Positions 33,847 through 46,079 of a stretch of 64,000 bases of DNA are shown here, piece after piece. This DNA is from Nemertoderma westbladi. Taxonomy: Eukaryota > Animalia > Xenacoelomorpha. The position numbers were made by a program, and so were the translations under genes. Location: positions 1 to 64,000 of the forward strand of contig JAUCBJ010001973.1 of assembly GCA_032718475.1 (NCBI GenBank). Reading direction: 5' to 3'. The notes below the pieces were generated by a model, which ran no database searches, was not told where the DNA came from, and saw only the letters and a program-made list of their open reading frames with translations. Position 1 is the stretch's first letter. Each line of letters starts with the position of its first letter.

Positions 33847-34200
33847 ATAGGTTATTATTATTTGTAGAGATATTTGGTATTTGTTTTACTCAGGCACCCT
33901 TTTGATTGCCTTTTCCTGTTGGCAGTATTGTTTCTTACGCTAGTATTGTTGAATCGCTAGCTCGTATTATACCCTTATAAATCACACTGCGGCAAGTTTA
34001 CAGTATTTTAGGTCCATTAGCGATAGTTAGGATTCGCTACGCGGGGATTGTTTTCCCATGAGTTTAGTCTGTATCTGTAGACTGTACATCTGCCTCACTA
34101 GTTAGAGGCTGGGCATCCTGTTTGTCTAGTTAGCCCGGGCAATTGATTCGCCCAAGTATTAGAAGAGACATCAGGCTCTGTTCCTCGCCAGTAGTAGTTT

Positions 34201-34488
34201 GTGTACTTGGTATCTGTTTATTTAGACACCCTTAAACATTAAACATAACAACATACATACTTAAACATTACAAACAAAAGCACTACTGTTCCAGATAACT
34301 TACTAAGTTAGGAGATTTGCGATTTTGTGACCTCCTGCTGTAATGTGTACTTGGTATCTGTTTATTTAGACACCCTTAAACATTAAACATAACAACATAC
34401 ATACCTAAACATTACAAACAAAACCACTACTGTTCCAGATAACTTACTAAGTGAGGAGATTTGCGATTTTGTGACCTCCTGCTGTAAT
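34201..34488. repeat. 144-bp near-perfect tandem duplication
   Basis: gtgtacttggtatctg...cctcctgctgtaat at 34201-34344 and 34345-34488. Confidence 0.95.
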
Positions 34489-34609
34489 GATCGGATCAGG
34501 CCCTTGTAAGAATGGCACAGACATTAAGTCTTCTTCTGTGTGTTGCCCATTAATCACTCTTTGTAGCTTTACCATGTCACCACCGAATGATTCAATTAGA
34601 AAACTCAAT
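34448..34609 (-). pseudogene. DEG/ENaC channel exon C (extracellular region, GHK..NLL motif)
   Basis: tttcacag|A TTG AGT... reads (R)LSFLIESFGGDMVKLQRVINGQHTEEDLMSVPFLQGPDPIITAGGHKIANLLT|gtaagt; phase matches exon B. Confidence 0.6.
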
Positions 34610-35689
34610 CTGTGAAATATAGATAATAATAGATAATTTAGAAGTAGTTCCTAAGCTGATTTCTTATGGTTGGAATATTTGCAGTAACATAGTTAGATGG
34701 TGACTGGGAACATTCGAACATTTCAACCTGGGGTCTTCTCGCCACATGACTTTTCGTCCATGTACTGCCCACCCCGGACTTTACGTCCCACACTATTCAT
34801 CCCTAAACATTTAGTCCCAAAAGGCTTTTGTCTCTGACTTTTCCCTCCAGACTATTTGTCTGTAAAAAAGCACCCCCCCCCCCCCCCCCCCCAACCCCCA
34901 CTATGGATTACATTAGCAATGCGGAGGTCCGGCCACTAGAGGCCAGTGGAATTACCGGACACAATCGGCCTCACAGGCGTCAGTTAACTCCTGACCGGCT
35001 GCCTGTCTCACCCCCTACTGGAGAGAGAGCAGCCAACAATTATTTGAGTCCCTTTCCTGTTGACCTTTCTGGCCCAAACCCTGGGTCACCAAGGAGGCCA
35101 GATTGTGATGGGGAGAGGGATTCTGTGTTTCGAGCGGGCCTGGAAGCATACAGAATTTTGTGAAAGCAAGAACTATATATATTGCGAGTTCAAAAATTAT
35201 CAATTGCTGCGAATTGGTCACCACAAGAACTACAATTGGTAGTTGCAGTTCTCGTTAAGAAGCTTTTAATGTATAGCTAGTATTTTATTCAATACTTGTA
35301 ACTCCCCTTCCAAATTATTTATTTTATTTGTTGTAAGTCACTTTTTTTGTCAAAGTCGTTAACAAGTTTGACTATTGTATTATTATTATTTTATTGACTT
35401 ATTAAAATTTCAAATTATTAAATAGCACCAGGTTGTAACATAACAAACACATCACCACATAGTATAACAACACATTAACACAACAGTATAAGTATAGACT
35501 AAATATAATAACGTTTAGGGTGGAAGGGGTTAAGTAAAATAATAAGTCCTGCTAGCACAAATCAGTATTATCATTATAGATCATGTATTATTACATACTA
35601 TTTTAAATTTAAATATCTAAGTAAACTAAATAAGTAAATATATAACTAACTAATTTAGATTTAGATTTAGAACGTTTTAGGCATCTAAA

Positions 35690-38090
35690 TCATGTGTTAT
35701 CTATTTCGAGCACCGCGGTTACTATTTTTAAATGCGAGACTGCATCTTCAGTGTTTTCAAAGAATTGGGTGGGTCTTTCTTCTGTAATTTCGGAAGTAAT
35801 AAACATGAATTCAGGATATGGGAGAGATCTTGGACCCCGCCTCCACATTTGCAAACATGTTGGTCACGTGGTATTAAAGTTCTATCATTCTGAGTAATGT
35901 GGCCATTATAATTATACTGATTCTGGTTTTTCACGTTTTGGGTATACGAAACTGGATTGATTGAGCTAGCTTTGGTTTTGAGTCCAAGGTCGGCTTGGTG
36001 ATGTCGATTTTAGTTTTTCGAAGTGTCTTACATTTTCTGTTTTCTGCAGGTCATTTACTCCTCTAAATTAATTGATCGAATTATCATAGTATTTGATGAA
36101 TTTAAGACCACTTTCTCTAGCTGGTCTAATCAACGGTTTCAGGTGGGTTTGCGTACTTGAATTTTCGATTGAATCGTTTACCCTCTTCCAAAAATTATAC
36201 TGTCCGAGTTTTCACGTGAATGTCGATCGGCAAATATCCACTTTCTATACAGAGTATTTCATTAGGGCAGCTATTCCTGAGGCCGAGCAGCATTTTTATT
36301 GATTTCCGTTGGAGTAAGTTTATTTTCTCTAGTTTAGTCGCCCCCATGATTCGCATCCATACAGCAATGAGGGAGGAGTCCATACACATATCTCGAACCA
36401 TTTTCTTGATCAGAACCGGAGCAGTTGCATTCTCATGTAGGAAACAATTGTATTTGATCTCGACTTGTGCGGTTTTATTCACTGCATGTCGTTTTGGGTC
36501 GTTACAGGTACAGGGAGGGCGACAGGTCGTTACTGAGAGAGCCTGAATCCGAAAATACCACCCCCAGATAAGTTATTTTGTTTTTGTAGTTTAATTTCAT
36601 TAAGTCTAGTTGTATGAATGTCTGGTGTCATTTCTTTGAGTGTTTATCAGCATACAAATAGTTTTTTCTGCATTGACTCTGAGCCTGAATATCTTGAATA
36701 TACTCCAGCGCATAATTGCATTTGATAATAAATTCATCCTAAGTAGTACTAATAACGCATGTATCATCTGCATGCTGTAACGCGTGAAGAGTTCCCAGAA
36801 GTTAATCAGGCACACACAACAATTTTAATTTGTTGAATAGATCATCTAAGAATGCAATAAATAGCAAAACGGACGATGGTGCACCCTGTCTAATTCCCCT
36901 GAAGATTTGTTTAAGACCCGAAAAGGTACCACCGACATGAATTATGCAGTTTGTGGTTGCATACAATGCTCTTAAAGCATTTAGCATTGTTGCACCTATT
37001 CCAAGTTTTACGAGTTTCGCAAGAAGAAGTGCTCTCGATACTTTATCAAAAGTGGTATCATTACGTGGTAGTATACCAGCACTAAAAATTATGTTAAATA
37101 AAATCATCAAATATGATACGAGAACAGGAAAACTATGTTTAAAGTTAAAACCAGATAAATCGCAACCACCTTTGTTTGAAACCTTTTAAGCTGCCGAATA
37201 TATTTTATGCTCTTGAATTGGGTCATCCAGTATCGGTATATATACATACATCAGACCTGGATGCATCCAAATCATCAACATTTTCATCTGGCTGTAAACC
37301 ATGTAACTCATCAATGTATTCCTCGAAACATTCCATATCTGGAGAATTATTTCCTGATTTATTGTTACCAAGTGATCCTTTCAAATTTATTTTTGACCAG
37401 ACTCCTTTTGGTTCACCTGCTAGAGCTGTTCTCCAACAAGCTGATTCCTGTTTATGGAAATTACTGATAATATTTCCATTTAGAGCAGATTGACATTTTG
37501 TAAACGTGAGCACAGCTGCATTAGTTGTCTCATTTTCACTGGTAATGTCGGCACACACAGTTTATTATATGCTTTTTTCGCACTCTTCATGAGCATTTAT
37601 GAAAACAGTTTTGTCAATGTGTTAAGTCTCTTCAGCATTACCCTGGGCCTTCCTTCGGTAATTTATGTGTCTGACAGACATTGTAGACAACTGTTCTAAT
37701 GGTATCCACCAATAATGCTGGGTCGTTTTGTGTTGTAACCTAAACTTTGTTTTGCAGACAGATTTTTAGTATTTCTGGTGCTAGAGCCCCTATGGGAGCT
37801 TTCATCATTTTTGGCGCTTTAATCGAGCAGGATTTGTTTAGTTCTTGGGAGTGCGCACATAAGGTCTTCAGGCATACTATATCCTCTGTGTACAATAATG
37901 TTAGGTCGGTATATGATCTGACAGGTAGCATTTTAAGTCTGCAAAGACAAAGTCATTGATTGCGGCTCGAGAGTTTTTAGAAATTAAATCTAAATCAACT
38001 TGCGAACGTTTTCCCTTCTTAAGTAAGTGAACATACCAGGTAGCTGTTTGCCATTCATAAACATGTGGTTTAGTGGACTAAAATAACACT
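35690..38090 (-). mobile_element. Heavily decayed LINE ORF2 (end of endonuclease, RT, C-terminal CCHC)
   Basis: FDKVSRALLLAKL..LGIG, GIRQGAPSSVLLF, HAD, KMLLGLRNSCPN, CKCGGGVQDLSHIL.SC. Confidence 0.85.
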
Positions 38091-38507
38091 TTTTTTGTCA
38101 ACCAAAAAAGTAATGTTGAATTAAATTTCAAAGTAATTTCTATGACATTGATTTTTTATTCTAGCTAGTTTATACTAGCCAGAGATTTGGGATCCGAATG
38201 CGAGGCTAGCCAAATGTATGAACAGTATTTTTAACGAATTGTAAAGTGTATGTGTTTTGTTATTAATTGTGGAAGATTTTTGTTCATAAACATAATCAAT
38301 GTTACGATAGATTTAGTATTTTTCCCTTCAAGACTAAAAGTCAGGGGTGAGAAGACAAATTCCGCCGAACGCAAACCCGGATAATTAATTAATACAACAA
38401 CAAAATAATAAATTATTCAATATTATTGATAAGATAAATCATTGAATAATCTATTCTAGATGTCTATTCAATTCTATTCTTGATTCAATAATCTAGCTGT
38501 TACTCAC

Positions 38508-38681
38508 CTCAATACATTTCTATTACAAATTGTTACACTTGGAAATGGTATCCCAAGATCGCCAGGCACGTTTGTCCTCACAGATGTAAGTTTCTCCTCG
38601 TTCAGATATTTCGTAATAACTTCCTTAGTTTGCACGGTGCACAGTACGATACATCCTATAAATGCCATCAGCCACAACGCT
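38508..38681 (-). pseudogene. DEG/ENaC (pickpocket/ASIC-like) channel exon B: TM1 and FPSVTICN
   Basis: ttgttttag|...(R)ALWLMAFIGCIVLCTVQTKEVITKYLNEEKLTSVRTNVPGDLGIPFPSVTICNRNVL(R)|gtgagt. Confidence 0.85.
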
Positions 38682-38838
38682 CTAAAACAATGTGGGGATG
38701 TGAGGCTATATTTATACCCTTAAAAAATATGAATTAATAAATAAATAATAAATAAAATAATAAATTAAGAATTTCGGAATATTTACCGAATTAGGATTCA
38801 AGACTTAATAATTGTAATACTTAATTATAAGACTTTAC

Positions 38839-38879
38839 CTAGCAACTGGAGTCGTTTATAAGTTTACAATGCGAGGCAT
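38839..38879 (-). pseudogene. DEG/ENaC exon A remnant (pre-TM1), contains an in-frame TAA
   Basis: MPRIVNL*TTPVA(R)|gtaaag; phase-2 donor fits exon B; upstream HG motif not found. Confidence 0.5.
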
Positions 38880-40079
38880 TTTAAAGTAAAATTTAATAGA
38901 AACGAGAACAGTAACTTATAAAGTGCTAGGTTGTGACTTAGAGTTTGTAAATTTATTATGAAATGGAAATATTGAATTAAAAAGAAGGATCATAGTCCTC
39001 ATGGCAAGGGTTATTGCTCGTCTCGAATTCCTCCCCATTCCGCCATTCAGTGTGTTTGACTCGTCTGTGTGGCAAATCTTGTTCGCTCGGGCGTCCCTCA
39101 TTCAAAGGTATGATGACGGTTCGTTCAAATTACTCCTCTCATCCCATCCTATCCCACCTCAAAACTCGTTTTTCTAGACGAATGTGTGGACGATTTTTTT
39201 TCAACGAATGTGTGTTGACGGATGAATGATTCCCAGTACCGCATCGGTTCAAAGATAAAGTAATGCCAATACATTTCGATTGTACTTAGTCAGTGGTTGT
39301 TTGTACCCATAGGGCCATATGTCAGTTCCCCCCTCCACCCCCTAATGTTAACTTTATACTCTGTATTGCAAAAAACACAAAAACATCAGTTGATACTCTC
39401 TGGGCCAAGGTTCAGTAATTAAACGGCATATTTCTGCCGGGCATTTTGATCCTTGAAAGTTGAGGAGTTGAAATGGGAAAATTTGGCGTCCCGTAGAATC
39501 TGCAACACCCAGTTGATCTTCACTTGAATAGATCACAAACAGCGAGAGAAAATTATTATAGTCGCAGGCGTTTCCTAACAAGGGAACATTATAGAGGATG
39601 GCGAAATGTTAATAGCGATTTGGGAAACAATGGGTCTTTCAGTACTAGTGTGAATTATTCCTTCCCAAGCTTTTTGTTCGGTCTGATAATAAATTAGTGT
39701 GAGGGTAGTCCCGGTGGTGTACGAAAAATTTTCTAGACAACTTCAAACTATAATTATTATGTTGCAATCATCTAATGAATTATAAAAGCGGTTGTGATTA
39801 TAGAAGATAGAGAGCAGTTAGCGAAATGATTTTTTTATTCTATCGGATAGAGTAGTCAGAGAGGAGTCGAGGTGTCAATTGATTAATATAATAATAACAG
39901 CAGTTGTCATGAATTCAATACAATCAATCGCGCACAAGAAGTGATAAGACAAAGTCGTTGTTATTTTTGTAATAAATAAAACAAGTTGAGAAGTTTCAAT
40001 GTAAACCGCGATTAACAATTTACACTGTTCAATGTAAACCACGATATTAATTAAATACAACAATTATATTATTATTATA

Positions 40080-43000
40080 ACAGATTTAAATATATTTCAA
40101 ACTATAATGTTAGCCTTACGGAGAATCATTATGAGGCTGAGTGAACATTCAGCCTTATCAACATACAGCCTCCACAGTATTAATGTTGGCACAAAGATTT
40201 TAAACTAAAACAATAATTAGATGAGAGATAGAGAGCACAGTACAATCAATAGTGTAGCCAACACACAGTATAACTAACAGTCATTTAGCTTGGACGCCAA
40301 TTAATTAACATAGCAAGGTTATTCAGCTGAGAGTGTAATAGCCAGCTAAACCAGTTAATGTTTGCTTACTGTCTGGGTTGTAGAGTATAGTGATCATACT
40401 TGGCACAGAATGTACTTCTTTGTCAGTTGCCCTTCCTATTGAATGCATTACCAGGCCATCTCTATACATTTTTCATGAGTGCCAGCTGGTGTTTTTATCA
40501 TTGCGCCTATGGCAATTTTCGTGTATTGGGGCTATTTTTCGAAATAAAACAAGTTGAGATGTTTCAATTTAAACCGCAATTTCACAAGTACCCATAGAAA
40601 TCTATTTTCATGGTCCATGCAAAATTTCATCAAAATCGTTAGAGCCAGTTTTGCTCTATTCAGCTCTACTCAGTAGTCAGCAGCTTTTTTTTCTTACAGT
40701 AGTCAAGTCTAACGACTTGTTAACTAGAAACGGCGTCAAGACGCCATTAAGCAAGTCGGATGTAATCAATCAAATATAAATTCCATCAACAATGTTTGCC
40801 TACGGTCTGAAGAAAGTGTTATTTACCTATGGTCAGAGAGAGAGATTTCACTCTGTAAGTTGGCAATGTTCAGGGAAAAAGTGGTGAGTGATATTATCGA
40901 TACCTTTGAATACCCGGGCTTCCAGAATTTGGATCCTCAACCCGTGTTTATTCCTAAGGATTTATCAGCAATCCCTCCGTTTGCGACTAAAGAAGCTGAC
41001 ATGCTCCACCTACTTAACATAGTTAGTGGATTACAGGATCGTGTTGCTGTGTTCGAGCACGAGATACGATCGAAACCGAGTGTCCCCAGTACCGTGTTAT
41101 CCCCCGGTACAACGGGTGAAGGGAATCAGGGCGAGCCGGCTGGCACTACGTATGCGTGTGTAGCTGGACTGGATCTACCCTCTGTGGCTGCGAAACAGCG
41201 TCCGGCTGGTGCTGCTAAAAAACCGAAAAAGAAGAAGGATCCAAAGTCCTCAGGGGGTGGCGGCAATACGGCAGCTGCAGTCGTTACTAATAATCGAGGT
41301 TCTGGACTCGTCTGACTCAGAAAACGACGTTGTGGCGGTAACCAATTCAGTCATCAATGTCCCATATACCAACGTGGGTCGCAATGGCAAACCGAGCCGC
41401 GTGGGAGCGGAGAAACTTCCTTCGAGTTTATACCCGGATCGAGGTCCTCCTCTGCAACCCGGTGAGAACTCCGCTCAACGGCGGAACTCTCGATCATGTA
41501 GACCTCCGCCTGTCTATGGTAGTTCTGACAGTGTAGCCTTCAGTGCTTTAGTCCCTAAAAAGAAAATCTTCCTAACTAACTGCGTTGCAGACGTGACTAG
41601 TGAAGTTGTATCCGACCACGTTAAGAATTCGACTGGATTCGATGTTCTCCGCGAACCTATTGGCAACGACACGTTGCCTTACAGGTCGTTCGTGATCACC
41701 TGCAAGCTGAACAAATGGAAAAGCTGATGGACGGCGCGCTATGGCCTCAGTATTGTCGCATTCGTGTATTTGTGGATTATCATCGACGAAAGCAGGTTCA
41801 TGGGTCCTTTGCAGCTGGTCCTGTTGCTCATAGCAACGGTACTGAATCTACTGATACACCTACTGTTAAGGGTACCGGCATTGTTGGTGACAAGGGCCAA
41901 TAACTGCTCACAGTTATGTTTATTCATAAACTCGTGATAATAAATCGGTGCTATTGTTAAATATATATATGCCATATGAAACTATCGACAATGATGATGA
42001 GTACCTAGAAATTCTGGGTAAATTGAGTAGCATAATTGACTGTGAAGTCTCCTCTTATTGTGTAATCATAGGCGACTTCAATGCTAATATCGGCTCTCGT
42101 TATCTCAATTTTGTTGACAATTGGTGCAGTGATATGAACTTGTCAATGTTAGATACTCTAATGCTCCCTCAAAGTTCTTTCACTTTTGTTAGCGCTGCTC
42201 ACAATTCGTGTTCGTGGTTAGACCACATTGTATGCTCTGGCAGTGTCTCTCCATTGCTAAGTAATGTTACAATTAATTACGATTTAAGCATTACTGACCA
42301 CATGCCCTTTACCTGTTACTTTGATTTCTTGGTGGCCCCTGAACCTAATATTAATAGTAATACTAGTAATAGAACGTGTGCAGGTAACAAATGCGATTGG
42401 AATAAAGCCAATGCAACTAATATCAATGAATATCAATCAGTCTTGAACAGTCTCTTAAATACAATTGTAGTCCCTGATACTGTATCTAACTGTGCAGATG
42501 CTCAATGTACTAATCCTGATCACTTAAGTGCAATAAACAATTTATACTGTGATATTGTTGGTGCATTGGCTAGGCACCTAGCCAGAGCGCACTATTCCGA
42601 AAAAGAAAGGTTCAGTGAACTCAAAGTTTAATGCTGTCCCGGGATGGAATGATTATGTTAAATCATTGTATGATAGGTCAAGATTATTTTTTAGAATTTG
42701 ACGTACTAACGGGTTGTCCCCGAGCAGGTCCTATTCTTTTTTATTATTATCAGTCCAAGTTAGAATTTAAACGCGCACTTAAACAGTGTAAGCGCAATGC
42801 TAATGGTATACGCGCTGATAAACTTGCGGAGTCATTATATTCGAGTAATCAAAATGACTTTTGGGCAAATGTTAAAAAGCACTGCAGTGCACACGTACCG
42901 CTTTCCAGTAAAGTTGGCGATGCTGTGGGCGAAAAAGATATATGTGACGCCTTTAAGGAAAGATTCAAAAACTTATACAATAAAGTAAATGATGACTCCG

Positions 43001-45410
43001 GCAAGCACGACATTGAATCTATTTTCAGTAATATTGAGTTTAGCAATGATATGTTGGTTTCTGATGTTGAGGTAGCTTTGTTGTAGGTAGGTTGTCTCCC
43101 GGAAAAATTGGACCTGATGGTCTGTCCAGCGAACACTATATCCATGGCACCGCGCATCTGTTCCGCCGCCTGGCGGCTCTGTACAGTACTTTCAATGTTC
43201 ATGGTCATATGAATGACGAGTTCATGCTATGCAATATTTTGCCCATCGTGAAGGACAAGAATGATGATATCACACATTTTGATAATTATAGAGGCATAGC
43301 CCTTGCAACTATAAGTAGCAAAGTTTTGGAGCTAGTTATGCTTGAACGTTTCAGTTCTAAACTGAATACTACAGACTCTCAGTTTGGATTTAAAGGTCAT
43401 TTAGGTACTGAATTATGCGTTTTCGCTTTAAAAGAAATCATACAATACTATTTCGAAAATGACAGTGCGGTGTACATATGTTTCATAGATTCCTCAAAGG
43501 CTTTCGATTTGGTTAACCATTACAAGTTATTTGATAAATTAATTAAACGTAACATTCCTCTGTTTTACATTAGGATAGTTCGATATTGGTACCGGTTTCA
43601 AGTTCTTAGTGTACGATGGGGGGGTTGTATATCTAACTCGTTTGCAGTCACTAACGGCACGAAACAAGGGGGTATTTTATCGGCCTACTTCTATGCTATA
43701 TATATGGACGACTTAAGTGTAGAGTTAACTAATACAAACGTAGGTTGTAAATTAAATAATAAGAGATCAAATCATCTTTTGTATGCTGATGACTTATCCT
43801 TAGCATCAAACTCGATAGCTGGTTTAAATAAGTTGATTGACACTTTCACGAGTTATGCCGACAGGCACTCTATTGTGATTAATATGAAGAAATCTAAGTT
43901 TATGCGATACATACCGAAATCTAGTAACAACGATTTAGTTAAATATATATCGATAAATGGTAAGGCTATTGAGACAGTTACAAAATTTAAGTACTTAGGT
44001 CATATATTTCACTCTACCACCGATGACAATTATGACATTCTAAATCAGCTATCGAGTTTATATCGTAGGGGTAATTTCCTCATTCGTAAATTCAGCTACA
44101 GTTCTCGGGACGTTAAAGTGAAACTTTTTCGCTCATTTTGTACGCAAGTTTATTGCAGCTCGTTGTGGGCTCGAAGTAACTACTCCATTGCAACGTACAA
44201 CAAGTTTAGGGTGGCCTACAACAATATAATTAGAAAATTGTTTGGATTTCGGTATGACTCTAGTGTATCATACATGTGTGGTGCATTAAATCTGCCGAAA
44301 CTCATTCATGTCCTTCACGATGCGCGGGTATCACTGTTGCATCGCGTGAACTCGTCTCAGAATAGTATTGTGCAGAGTGTGGCCATGGTGACGTTCCAGA
44401 CGAGCCGTGTGATTGGTCGGTGTTCCTTGGACAGCCATTAGGAGGTCCAAATCGTTTATTTTGTTTACCTTACTGTAGCATTCCACGTTTATACTACTTA
44501 TCTTGTGTTTTTTTTTTTCGCTGTATTATATTGATTTTCTTTATTCATTGCAGTTTGTGCTTCCCTGCTCGGGGCCCCACCCCACCATACCTAGCTATAT
44601 TATTATAATTTGTTAATCTAGTCTGTTGTTTAAATCACTGTGATATGGGTGTTCTTTGCCTGGCATAAATAAATAAATAAATAAATAAATAAATATCAAA
44701 CATTTTGAATGCAACAGTGTGTAACCTGATACAGATAATAAACAGTGATTTTTATATTTCAAACTATAGTGTTAGTGTTAGCCTTACAGAGTATCAGTAT
44801 AAGGCTGAGTAAACATTCCGCTTTATAAGCATACAGCCCCCACAGTACTAATGTTGCATTAATGTAGCCAATACACTGTGTACCTAACAGTCAGTCATTC
44901 AGCAGGGGGAAGTATTATTCAGCTGAGGCGGTCAGTCAGTCAGTCAGTCAGCCAGTCAGTCAGTCAGTCAGTCAGTCAGTCAGCCAGTCAGCCAGTCAGT
45001 CAGTCAGTGGCCGTTAAGCAAGTGGGTAGTCATCAATCAAATGTAATAAATTCCATCAACTTCTATTCTATCAAGGAAAGTGTTATTGACCTATGGTCAG
45101 AGAGAGAGAACTTGGCAATTACTCAAATCCATTCAGCTGAATGGCACAGTAGAGTAAACTAAAGTAAATTTCCTCAACAATGTTTGCCTATGTTCTGAAG
45201 GGAAGCCGCTAAATACCATTCACCTATACATTTTTAATGCTACAGTGTGTAACCTGATACAGATATTAAGCATTGATTTTTACATTTCACACTATAATGT
45301 TAGCCTATGGAAAATCATATTATGTGGCTGATTAAATATACACTTTTATAAACACAGTCTCCACAGTATTAATATTGGCCAAAAGATTTATAAATAGAAC
45401 AATTAGACGC
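40080..45410 (+). repeat. Interspersed repeat family with ~140-bp unit copies (~40080, ~44730, ~45260) and a (CAGT)n microsatellite at 44931-45008, split by the LINE at 40860-44695
   Basis: tatatttcaaactata.tgttagcc...ccacagta.taat.ttg recurs three times; ccatcaac...ctatggtcagagagagaga at ~40780 and ~45050. Confidence 0.7.
40860..44695 (+). mobile_element. LINE related to the 23.4-27.9 kb element; 5'-truncated frameshifted ORF1, ORF2 lacking the APE N-terminus; (TAAA)n tail
   Basis: DIIDTFEYPGFQ..DPQPVF...IPP; IFLTNC..YRSF..WP; NIYMPY, GDFNA, SWLDHI, DHMP; QFGFK, IDSSKAFD, NGTKQGG, YADDL; taaa repeats 44666-44693. Confidence 0.92.
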
Positions 45411-46079
45411 AATGTATTTTAGTTTAGACACCAGATGGTGTGGAAAGTTCTGTCCATTCAACTAATGCTGAGCTACGCCGTAGGTAGGACAAAGGAATTT
45501 AGTTGCCAAACCAGATAGTGTAATTGTCCTACAGTATGCCTTACACTCTGTCTATGACAGACGAGGTTTGTTTGTCCGGTACAAACAATGCGAGCTACTC
45601 TCACTCGAGTTGAGTTGAGATGTAATTAGTTGGCCATTCCTCTATTGAATAGCATTACTAGGCCATCTCTATACATTTCATTCATTCTAAATGCCATTCA
45701 CCTATAAAAAAACTATTCTCCACTGCAGCGTACGAAATCCTTATTTTATTCTAAATACTATCATAAATTATCTATCATAAACCGGTACGCAGTTGAATTT
45801 TCGAAAAAAATTATTAGGGTGGTTATATTACAGCAAACAAAATTACAAGTAGTGAAAAATTTTCAGAAAATTTGAAAGTTACAATTTTCGGCTAATCGTT
45901 TTTCAATACAAGTTTTCTTCAGCGCAAAATCCAATGGAAAATATTTAAAAAGGATCTGATTACTATGAATAGCAGTTTTAGTCCTCTACTTAGGAAAAAA
46001 ATGAGAAAAACAAGTAACCAGCACTTTTCAATTTAAACACAAATTTTTAATTCACTTATACTATGCTATAAATTCAGAT

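Noticed and set aside
34050-34213. Possible fourth ENaC exon (YYWRGTEPDV...)
   Set aside because: The nearest acceptor joins to exon C as a TAA stop, and the expected cysteines are missing
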